Assembly (NCBI GenBank): GCA_000092065.1 | Contig: CP000586.1 | Source of the DNA: Ostreococcus lucimarinus | Lineage: Eukaryota | Length of the DNA: 64,000 nt | Direction: 5' to 3' (one strand) | Shown: positions 1 to 8,533 of the stretch, piece after piece | Layout of the letters: each line of letters opens with the position of its first letter | Position numbering within the stretch: the stretch's first letter is position 1 | The notes under the pieces: generated by a model | Seen by the model: the letters and a program-made list of their open reading frames with translations, nothing else | What the model was told of the DNA's origin: nothing | The model's database searches: none | Program-made: the position numbers and the translations under genes

Positions 1-434
1 CGAGGCCGTCTCGACGTCCGTCGCGCCGCGCCCGCGTCGCGCGCGCCGTCATTCCGCGCCGTCGAACGCCTCGCGCGCGCGCGCGAGTGCCACCGCGCGC
101 GCGAACGGTGGCGCGACGACGCGCGAACGACGACACACGGACCACACCCGACGCCGCGTCGCGGATCGGATAAGGGCAAAATGACTTTTTCGTCGCGCGC
201 TTTGAAGCGCTCGCGAACGCCATCAAATCCACGGTCGATGCCTCGATACGCGTAGATACGCCGCACTTTTCCGACGTGGCGCGACGTCGATTTCGGCGCG
301 AAAACCGAGCGCGCGGCGCCGGGGGGGGGTCGCGGCAGAGCGCGACGACGACGCGCGCGCGATCGATCGACGCGACGCGCCGAGGGTGATCGAACGAAAA
401 ACGTAGACGCGCGGCGACGCGCTCGACCGCCGCG

Positions 435-1777
435 ATGCTGATGAAACCCGCGCCGACGGTGGGGAACGCACCGCGCGCGGGCGATGGTGCCGCGCGCGGG
501 AATTCACCGGCGAACGCGCGACAGGAGCGGAAGAAGGGTGCGCGCGCGCGATGCGAAGCGAAAGCGCGCGAGGGGATTATGTCGCGGCGTTCGCGCGACG
601 CGCGGGCGACGCGCGGGCGTCGCGCGCGCGTCGCGGGCGCGCGGGATACGGGATACGTCGGCGCGCGCCGCGTCGGCGCGCCGCGTTGACTTAGCTTTTT
701 GGATTTTTTTGGTGAAATTGAGATATTTCGCGTATTCGGGGTGCATTCGGGGGAATCGCGCCAGGGTGGCACCGCCCCGGATCGCGCGCGGAGATATTTT
801 ATCCTGGAGACCCGGAGCGAGACTGACGACGAACGCGCTCGCGATGTCTAGGCGTGGCGTGGACGGAGGAGGAACATAAAAACTTTTTGATTGGGTTGCA
901 AAAGCTCGGGAAAGGAGATTGGCGCGGGATCTCGCGACATTTCGTGACGACGAGGACGCCGACGCAGGTGGCGTCGCACGCGCAAAAATACTTCATCAGA
1001 CAAACCAACGTGAGCAAGCGTAAGCGACGCTCGAGCTTGTTTGACATCATCTCCACGCCGACGGATGATGGAGAAGGGATGACGATCGTGCACAGACCGG
1101 CGGCGAATAATAACGGAGTGGCGAGCAAGGCGACGACTGGCTCCAGCAAGGCGTCGAACGGCGTGCACAGGACGCACGGCGGCGTGCACAAGATGTCGCA
1201 AGTGTCCAGTCGAGCGTCCGCTCAAACGAACGTGTCGGTGGATCACAGTGCACATTATCATCACAACGCGGCGAACGGTAGCGCTTTGACGGCTTCGTTA
1301 TCGAACTTGGCGGATATGGCGGCGCGCGAGGCGCACTACGTGGCGTCGATTCCGCAGCACCAGAGCACGAGCACGAGCACGAGTCAGGCGATTAAGATCG
1401 ATGAGGAATCTCACAGATCGTTCCCTATGATGACTGCTGCATATCCAGGTCACTTCGCTGCACCCATGGCGGCGACACAGGCGCCAGTGTTTGATGCGTA
1501 CAACCAAGCCATGGCGCAATACATGTTGCAGTTGCAGTCGCTCGCAGCGCAACAAGGGGACGGAATGAGTCACATCAACCAAATCAATCAGATGAATCAA
1601 ATGGCGTGGATGGCGCAGCAAAATTTGGCTTACCAAATGGCGGCGCAAAACTACGCCGCAACTCCACTCTCGCCGCAGCAAAACGCCAACTTTTGCCGTC
1701 CGACGGCAATTTACGCGGCCAAGTCTATTGATGACAACGTCGGCGAGCAGCGTAATGCGGCCAGCGGAGGGGCCTAG
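435..1777 (+). CDS. MYB-related transcription factor (SHAQKYF class), two-exon model: exon1 435..537, intron 538..851, exon2 852..1777
   Basis: Exon2 ORF encodes [47 protein letters not shown], the plant SHAQKYF Myb repeat. The ORF has no in-frame ATG and begins in mid-motif. Upstream ORF 435.. encodes [35 protein letters not shown] and ends at a GTGCGC donor. Splicing 537 to 852 reconstitutes the canonical KKG-V-[AP]-WTEEEH motif in phase. CTGAC branch-like motif sits at 822..826 and the AG acceptor at 850..851. Confidence 0.55.
538..851 (+). other. GC-rich spliceosomal intron (GT..AG, 314 nt) of the MYB gene
   Basis: Donor gtgcgcgc immediately after aag aag g. CTGAC 25 nt upstream of the AG. 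The spliced junction restores the conserved [11 protein letters not shown] motif. Confidence 0.5.
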
Positions 1778-1876
1778 ACGCTCATCAAGAAACTCAACAA
1801 GACAAGCATTCGAATGGATGCCCAGTGTACAACAGGCTCGCAGAACACAACCAGCAGAATAAAATAATGTACTGTA

Positions 1877-1904
1877 CTTTCAGCTTTCAGCTTTCAGCTT
1901 TCAG
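1877..1904. repeat. (CTTTCAG)x4 microsatellite in the MYB 3' UTR
   Basis: Direct reading: ctttcag ctttcag ctttcag ctttcag. Confidence 0.9.
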
Positions 1905-1976
1905 CAGTCGGGTGACTTTTTCCCTCCATCTTTATCACCACCGGAATTACACGCGAGGATAATTCCATCGGTTTGT

Positions 1977-1981
1977 TGTAA
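1977..1981 (+). promoter_or_regulatory. TGTAA, candidate green-algal poly(A) signal for the MYB gene
   Basis: TGTAA about 200 nt downstream of the stop. UGUAA is the usual poly(A) signal in green algae. Confidence 0.3.
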
Positions 1982-2176
1982 GCTTAACCGCACAACGCCC
2001 GACTCCTAAACCGTACTTTTAATAAACATGTGTATCAGGTTGACATGACTCTGTGTACTAAAGTACTTGACTCGACATCCGATGTCGTCGAGACGAGGCG
2101 CGCGCGCGCAGCAGAAGTACAGAACGCGGCGTGTCTTTGCCACCGATACGAACGATAATAGCACGTAACAGTAGGT

Positions 2177-2782
2177 ATGACTCCAACATCTCTCGACGTG
2201 CGGCTACTCGTTCGCGAGTTCAAGTCGTTGAAGCGACGCGAAGCCGACGACCTGATACGCAACCTCAAGATGGTGGGTGACGACGTAACCAAATGGACGT
2301 TTGAGCTGCATACGTTTGACACGACGTGTCCTGGTGGCAAAATGCTTATGAAGGACTTGGGAAGACTCCAGAAACGTGGTTTGGATCACATCCTCATGGA
2401 GGCGAACATGACTGCGCACGGTGGGTCTTGGCCAACCGACCCACCCCTCTTGCGCGTCGTGAAGCCTCGGATGAAGCTCTATACCGGCCACGTGACAGCG
2501 GGCGGCTCGATTTGCAGCGAAATGCTGGTAAATACTGGAGGTTCGAACGGTTGGAATCCTCGGTTGTCGATGGAAGCGATCATCGAGACAATCAAGCTGA
2601 ACATGGTGGATTGCGAAGTCGTCGAGATCGAAACTCCGTACAATGGCAGGCAGCGTGCGGGGCCGCTCCGAATAGATTTGAAGGGCGAGTATTCGTACGA
2701 CTGCATGAATGAATACTCTGAATTCGCTGCAATGGCTGCTTTTGATCGCGCAGTTGCGCACCATCGTCGTCATGGCTGGTAA
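2177..2782 (+). CDS. Ubiquitin-conjugating enzyme E2, UBE2Q-like, with atypical HPN region
   Basis: 201-aa ORF with a UBC-fold signature: N-terminal RLLVREFKSLK and active-site region TGHVTAGGSICSEMLV...GWNPRLSMEAIIETIKLNMV. This resembles UBE2Q H-V-IGG-x-C-MELL...GWS..YSIESVI. The catalytic Cys is present. Confidence 0.55.
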   Translation: MTPTSLDVRLLVREFKSLKRREADDLIRNLKMVGDDVTKWTFELHTFDTTCPGGKMLMKDLGRLQKRGLDHILMEANMTAHGGSWPTDPPLLRVVKPRMKLYTGHVTAGGSICSEMLVNTGGSNGWNPRLSMEAIIETIKLNMVDCEVVEIETPYNGRQRAGPLRIDLKGEYSYDCMNEYSEFAAMAAFDRAVAHHRRHGW

Positions 2783-3585
2783 CGATTGATTTCACTCCAG
2801 GCATCATTGATCGCTTGAGACACTCCCCGCACGCGTTCTTGGACTTGATCCGCATCCTTGGGATCGAGATATTTTCCAAACTTTGCTGCAAATTTGTCTG
2901 GATGCCAACGCAGTGAAGCTTTCCTAAACGCCCTCTTGTACGCCGCCAGTGCGGTTGTTTTGGTATCATTCCACTGCTCCATCGCAGCCATCTGCGCGAG
3001 CATCGATTCCTCATCCGGAGGCCAAGGAATGTCGTGCGCGTGAATGAACATCGTCTCATCGCATCGATTAGTGAGTGTTTCAGCGATGCGCTTCTCCAAA
3101 GTCAACCAAGACGACTCATACTCTGACCACAGATGCAATAAGACGTACGCTTTGTCGTCGTCTCCGATTTGCGCGTCCAAAGCATCAGCCATCGCTGCAG
3201 CCGCACGCTCGGCGATTTCTTCCGCCTCGAGCTGACGAGAGCTATACGCGTTATCAATCGTGTCCATTTCGGTCAGGCGACGCTTGATCTCTTCCATCTC
3301 AGCTTCCATCGTCGCTCTCGCCTCGCGTTCTTCTCTCACCGAGCGCAAGCGACGCATCTGTTCCTCCGCTTCTCTTTGAATCCCTCGATTCCGAACGAAT
3401 CGCCCTCGAATCACCGCTCGCTCATTCGCCGCAAACTCGGCCGCTTTCGTTTCCTCATCATCCGTGTCACTTTCGCTCGACGACGACGAAGCGCGCGAGA
3501 GTCGACGACGAAGCGGATTGATGTACCGCCCCATGCGCTCCGACTCAACCGACCCCGCGCGCGTCCACGATCGGCGCGCGTTCAC
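2770..3585 (-). CDS. J-domain (DnaJ-like) protein with C-terminal J domain and acidic/coiled-coil N-terminus
   Basis: C-terminus AAYKRAFRKASLRWHPDKF...VQERVRGVSQAINDAWSEI matches the J-domain helix II-HPD-helix III. The N-terminal half is rich in E/R heptads. Confidence 0.5.
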   Translation of the reverse strand: MNARRSWTRAGSVESERMGRYINPLRRRLSRASSSSSESDTDDEETKAAEFAANERAVIRGRFVRNRGIQREAEEQMRRLRSVREEREARATMEAEMEEIKRRLTEMDTIDNAYSSRQLEAEEIAERAAAAMADALDAQIGDDDKAYVLLHLWSEYESSWLTLEKRIAETLTNRCDETMFIHAHDIPWPPDEESMLAQMAAMEQWNDTKTTALAAYKRAFRKASLRWHPDKFAAKFGKYLDPKDADQVQERVRGVSQAINDAWSEINRYQP

Positions 3586-3734
3586 GAATGATTTTTTCCT
3601 GTCGTCTCGCTCGTCTTCACGCGCGCGCGCTCGACCGCGCGCGCGTCGCGGTGTGCGTTATTGACTTCTTTTCAATCCGTAACGCCTTCGAGCGGAAGCG
3701 TCGCTCGCGCGTCACTCTCGCGCTCGACGACGCG

Positions 3735-4325
3735 ATGAACGGCGCGTACGAGGTGCGCCCGAACGCGCGCGCCGCGCGCATCGATGGCGAACGCTTGCCC
3801 GATCCTCCCGGCTACGTCCCGCGCGCGCTCGGCGCGAGCGACGGCGCGAGCGATCACGCCGCGCGCGCATCCTCCTCCTCCCGCGCGGCGTCGAGCGCGC
3901 CGACGACGACGATGGACGGCGCGGCGGTCGAGCTCGAACGAAGCAAACTCAGAGTGCGACGCGCGTACGCGTTCGCGCAGTCCAGCGTGTCGTCGATCGC
4001 GATGATGACGTTCATGATGTGGATGAGCGGCAACTCGGTGCAAGTCTTTAGCATCATGGTCGTCTTCGGCGGCGTCGCGCAGACGACGCGAGCGATCCTG
4101 AGCTCGCGAGCGACGTTCGATAGATTCGTCGATGGTGATGCGAGCGTGGACGTCACGGTGCCGAGGTTGATGTTTTGCGCGGTGCAGCTCGTGGGATTGT
4201 GCCTGGCGTTGCGCAAGCTCAACGTCATGGGTCTGTTGCCCACGCACGCGAGCGACTGGGCGAGCGGGATGAAGCCTCCGAGAGCGTTGGAGCGCGCGTT
4301 CGGCGACGTCGAGCTCGACCTTTAA
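3735..4325 (+). CDS. EMC4: ER membrane protein complex subunit 4 (EMC4/TMEM85)
   Basis: MMTFMMWMSGNSVQVFSIMVV and the C-terminal MGLLPTHASDW motif are highly characteristic of EMC4. Start taken at ATG 3735. The ORF opens at 3588 but the upstream part is low-complexity. Confidence 0.7.
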   Translation: MNGAYEVRPNARAARIDGERLPDPPGYVPRALGASDGASDHAARASSSSRAASSAPTTTMDGAAVELERSKLRVRRAYAFAQSSVSSIAMMTFMMWMSGNSVQVFSIMVVFGGVAQTTRAILSSRATFDRFVDGDASVDVTVPRLMFCAVQLVGLCLALRKLNVMGLLPTHASDWASGMKPPRALERAFGDVELDL

Positions 4326-4332
4326 CGTCAAA

Positions 4333-4337
4333 TGTAA
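4333..4337 (+). promoter_or_regulatory. TGTAA poly(A)-like signal 8 nt after the EMC4 stop
   Basis: taacgtcaaaTGTAAtag directly downstream of the stop codon. Confidence 0.35.
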
Positions 4338-4527
4338 TAGATATTGTACTAGTCTCTATCGATAGAGCATTCGCGCGCGCGTCGCGCGTTCTCAATCGTC
4401 CGTCGTCGTCGCGCTTTCAAAAGTCGTTCCACGACACGACCGCATTCCTCGACGCGTTCGTACGCGAATCACACGAACGGGCGTCGCGCCGCTCGAACGA
4501 ACGCGATCTATAGCGCGCGCGCGCGCG

Positions 4528-5049
4528 ATGTCCTCCCTCATCACCGCGCGTCTAGCGCAAGAGCGCAAAGATTGGCGCAAAGACCACCCGCACGGCTTCA
4601 TCGCGAAACCGTCGACGAAGAAGGATAAAAACGGTGACACCACCACCGATCTCACGGTGTGGAACTGCGCGATCCCTGGAAAGGCTGATACGCCCTGGGC
4701 GGGGGGATCGTACCCGCTGCGGTTGGAGTTTGGTAACGATTATCCGGCGAAGCCACCTCGAGTGGCGTTCCCAGCTGGATTCTTTCACCCAAACGTGTAC
4801 CCGACGGGTAAGGTGTGCCTGTCGATTTTGAACGAGGATAAGGGATGGAAACCGTCGGTGTCGATCAAACAAATCTTGATCGGGGTGCAGGACTTGCTAG
4901 ATTCGCCGAATATGAGCGATCCGGCGCAGCAAGAGGCGTACGATCAACTGCGAAGATCAAAGGCGACGTACCTGAAGAGAATCAAAGAGCAGGCGAAAAA
5001 GTTTGGAAGCGCATCTGGGGGGGCTGGGGATGAGATCATCGTGCTTTGA
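4528..5049 (+). CDS. UBC9: SUMO-conjugating enzyme UBC9 (SCE1)
   Basis: MSSLITARLAQERKDWRKDHPHGFIAKP...WNCAIPGK...HPNVYPTGKVCLSIL...KPSVSIKQILIGVQDLL is near-identical in pattern to UBC9. ATG verified at 4528. Confidence 0.9.
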   Translation: MSSLITARLAQERKDWRKDHPHGFIAKPSTKKDKNGDTTTDLTVWNCAIPGKADTPWAGGSYPLRLEFGNDYPAKPPRVAFPAGFFHPNVYPTGKVCLSILNEDKGWKPSVSIKQILIGVQDLLDSPNMSDPAQQEAYDQLRRSKATYLKRIKEQAKKFGSASGGAGDEIIVL

Positions 5050-5234
5050 TGCCCGAAACGAGAGAGGACGCCGAACTCTAAAAGTGCACGCGTTTACGTG
5101 AGCGATAGCGCCGATTTGCGAGAGCGAGAGGCTAATCAATAGACATAGAAGCGCCACGTGGGCACGCGCGTCGTCACAACGTATCTTCCTAATTTCGTTC
5201 GTCCGTTCGTTCGTTAATTCGTGCGTTCATTGTA

Positions 5235-6419
5235 TCATTCGTTCGTCTCATCGTGTAGTCGTTTCAGAAACTGCATGATGTCCACGTACTGGGCAGTTTT
5301 AAAGGTCTCTTTGTGAGCCTCAAACAGCTGTAGAATCACGTGAAGACGAGCGCGATCGGCTTCTGGCGACCAACCTTTCTTTGAGCGCAGATACTGTCTC
5401 AAATCACGATATCGGCGCTCTAAGCCGATCGGGTCCTCGTATCGACGATCAGCCATCGCATCACTATGCTCCCAGGCATCGCGCAAACTCGTCAGGAGAT
5501 CATCGATATCGTAAACCAGAGCCGCCTCATCTATGAGGTATTTTGTCATTGGGATGTCAAGATTTTCGCAAGCTTGAGAGACAAAGTACGGTTGTAACAC
5601 GAGACCCATTTCATCGCGAAAGATCTTCAGTAAAGTGACGTTCGATCGAAGAACCGCGCACTCCATATGCGACGCGTCTGGCTGCACACCACCTTCGTTC
5701 TTCAACCAGCGAAGCAAATCAGCGCTTCGCGATTCGCGATCCGCCGATCCCCAAGAGTTGATAATAGTGTTCACATTCCTTAGCTCAGGCTTCGCGCCTT
5801 GATCTTTCAAAACCTTCAAGAAATCTATCACAGAGTGCTTGTGATATGATCCGTTCGAGATGATGTCGTTGAAAAAGTCGTTGAGAATGAAAGGTGAAGA
5901 TTCTGGAAATGATTTCGCTGCACATTCCTCAAAAATGCATCGGAACGTTTCCAGCCGATTTAAGCGCACCGCCACTCGCATCGCTTGTTTTCCATCGTAC
6001 GACACCGCGTGCTCGCGCATAAACTTCAGCAAATCTCGAAGCTTTTCCGCGTCGCTCTCATCTTCAAACAATCTAGATAGCAACGATTCATAAAAGTTGC
6101 GCTGCCAGTGCGTGTTTACCGATACACAGTGTCCGCATTTGACTCTTACGGCGTCGTAGAGGCACTTGCACGAGGGCAGCGGCGGTGGCGGCGCGGTGGT
6201 GTTCGTCGCGACTTCCTGTGCCGTACACGTCGTCGCGTTCGCCTTCGACGCGCTCTCCTCCGTCGTCGCTCGCACGCATCGGCTCTCGACAGCTTTCGCT
6301 TTCGGTGCCGGTGCCGGCTTCTTGGAACTGCTCGTCTTCGCTTTTTTACGCGACGCCGTCGTCTTCGCGCCGGCGGCGCCACCGGCGCGTCGCCATCGTC
6401 GAACCGGTGGCGTCGCCAT
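5235..6419 (-). CDS. Hypothetical protein, paralogue A of an unknown family (basic N-terminus, CxCx9CxxC motif, conserved C-terminal EAHKETFKTAQYVDIMQFLKRLHDE)
   Basis: 394-aa ORF with no recognisable domain. Shares CxC..CxxC, ETFRCI and C-terminal E-H-K-x-x-x-x-x-x-YVxIMxFLxRxHDE motifs with the adjacent gene 6600..8284. Confidence 0.4.
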   Translation of the reverse strand: MATPPVRRWRRAGGAAGAKTTASRKKAKTSSSKKPAPAPKAKAVESRCVRATTEESASKANATTCTAQEVATNTTAPPPPLPSCKCLYDAVRVKCGHCVSVNTHWQRNFYESLLSRLFEDESDAEKLRDLLKFMREHAVSYDGKQAMRVAVRLNRLETFRCIFEECAAKSFPESSPFILNDFFNDIISNGSYHKHSVIDFLKVLKDQGAKPELRNVNTIINSWGSADRESRSADLLRWLKNEGGVQPDASHMECAVLRSNVTLLKIFRDEMGLVLQPYFVSQACENLDIPMTKYLIDEAALVYDIDDLLTSLRDAWEHSDAMADRRYEDPIGLERRYRDLRQYLRSKKGWSPEADRARLHVILQLFEAHKETFKTAQYVDIMQFLKRLHDETNE

Positions 6420-6599
6420 CGTCGTCGCGCCGAACGTGAGTTTCCTTCGTATGAAGCGAAGAATGGTGAGTTCGAGCGCGCGCGAGCGCGCGTGACGCGT
6501 CGATGTGTGGAGTGCGGCGCGTCGTGCGTGATTTACAAGGCGTGATTCACAGGCAAACAGGCTGTTCGCCGCGGACAGGCTGTTCCGCTGTAGCCGCGG

Positions 6600-8284
6600 C
6601 TACAGGGGACGGAACAAGCCAGCGAATGGCATGTCGGCCATCAACATCGCGTTTCTTTCCGAGAGAATTCCGTCGATTTCGTTGCGCAGGAGGTGGTCTT
6701 TTGCATTCTCCGCAGCTTTGTCATGTTGGCGCTGAAGGTACTTCATGACGCCGATGAACACACCTTCGCTCAAAGATGTTTTGTGCTCTTCGACGATTTC
6801 GTACAGAGCGTTAATGTGTTTTTTGTCTTCGTTTGCGACGGTATCAAGAGTTTCAAAGTAAATGATGAACTTCTCAACCTCGGTAAATGCGTTCTCTTCG
6901 TCGTTCTCAAGCATCTCCATAATCATTTCACCGTTGTCAACGGCTTCGATTAATTGTTCCTTCATCAAGCGAACAATGTCTGGATACTCTTTATAACCAT
7001 GCTCGACGACGTACTTGAGCATGTCCAGATTCAAATGATCTATGCAGCGATAGACGGTTTCCGGATAACCGGCGGGGGCGGCGGGGGTGAAAAACAAAAG
7101 ACCCCAATCCTCGTGGAGGGGTTGCACGAAAAGTGATTCAGGCAAGTCAAGCTCGAGCGAGAGCTCGACTGCAGTGCTCATTACTGCAGTTCTCATCTTT
7201 GGATCCGGGTGGTTAAGTCCCAGCCTGTCTCTATGAAGATGAAGATAGCGAAACATGAACCATCTTTCGAGGATGTCGCGATCGAGATCATCGTAACTTT
7301 GTTTGTTAATGTAGATTGAATCGTGCAGTGCGCGCATCGATTCAAACAAATGAAACAGAAAGGCGTCACCATGAGTCGCCACTGGAGAGTCGACTCGTCC
7401 CCAATGCGTTCGTTCGCGCAACCAATCCAGAAATTTGATGCGCGGGTCTATCTTCATAAGTTGTGCAAACTTCTCCGCGAGATACGTCGGACTTCCTTCG
7501 AGTTTTAGAGCCCCTTCGAAAACAATGTTTCGTCGTTTGTTCATCGCTTGCATATTTGGTCGTGTGAGCACCATCATGAACAAAAGTTCCGCGTCGGCCC
7601 GCCGATATTGAGGTGCATGGTTCACAAGTTCATCATACAACACCTTGAACAACTCGAACCTATCGTACCAATACGCGAGCCAACACGCCTCGAGGCGCGT
7701 TACGTAACCAGGTGCAAAACTCTTAAGTCCATGTTCTTTGATGGATGCTTCCAACCAAACAGGACGCCGCATATCTGCCTTGTTCTCGCCAACCCATGCC
7801 ACTATTTTTCTCATCGTTTCATCGTCGACGTGACGTTTCTCATACATCAATCGCCGCAACGCACTAGCCCACATCTCTCGTTTCGTTAGCAACGGTTTGC
7901 CCTTCAACTTACGCTTCACACATGACGCGCACTCCGCGACCAGCGCCGCCGCGAGCGTCTTACATTTCGTCTTGCCCAACTTATCCGCGCCTTCCTTTGT
8001 CAGCCGCGTGCACGGCGGCCGCTGCTCCGTCGACGACGACGCTCCAGTCTGCTTTACACCCTTGGACGCAGACGTCGACGCTTTAGTCGTCTTCGCCGCG
8101 TCTTCACCTCGTCGTGCGTTCGATTTCTTCGGCGGCGGCACATTTAAGATCGGATCGTGGTCTACGCTGAGCCCGTTGAGTCCTCTTCGCGCCATCAAGG
8201 CTTGGATGACACGAAGCGTGCACTCCCTGCAGTCGCACATCGGCTGATACATGCCCTCGCCCGCGCCAGGTCGTCCGGACATCG
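6600..8284 (-). CDS. Hypothetical protein, paralogue B of the same unknown family (start at ATG 8284; ORF is open to 8693)
   Basis: MSGRPGAGEGMYQPMCDCRECTLRV... then KCKTLAAALVAECASCVKRK. C-terminal IVEEHKTSLSEGVFIGVMKYLQRQHDK parallels the neighbour. About 560 aa, largely helical, W/Y/F-rich middle. Confidence 0.4.
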
Positions 8285-8533
8285 ACCTTGTTCGTTGCCA
8301 CGAGCCACGGCGCGCGAGGCGCGAGACGCGAGGCGCGACGTGACGGGGGGGTGCACGAGCGTTTCTGAGGAGTTGGCGACGAGACTGGACGGCGTCGCCG
8401 CGGCGCGGCGACCTTTCGTGCGTCGTGCGATCGGTAGATTGGTGTTGGCTAATGAAATAATCTATATTTACATGTGCTACAGTGCTACAGGGTGATGACG
8501 AAGATCCGTCGAACGCGCACGCAGGGCGCGCGC

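Noticed and set aside
1-434. Extremely GC-rich, (CGCG)n-like 5' segment with several short ORFs (223..507 -, 435..689 +, 484..879 +)
   Set aside because: Only the 435..537 part is supported, as MYB exon 1 by the splice reconstruction. The remainder is low-complexity with no conserved motif, likely promoter/UTR or the 3' flank of an upstream gene.
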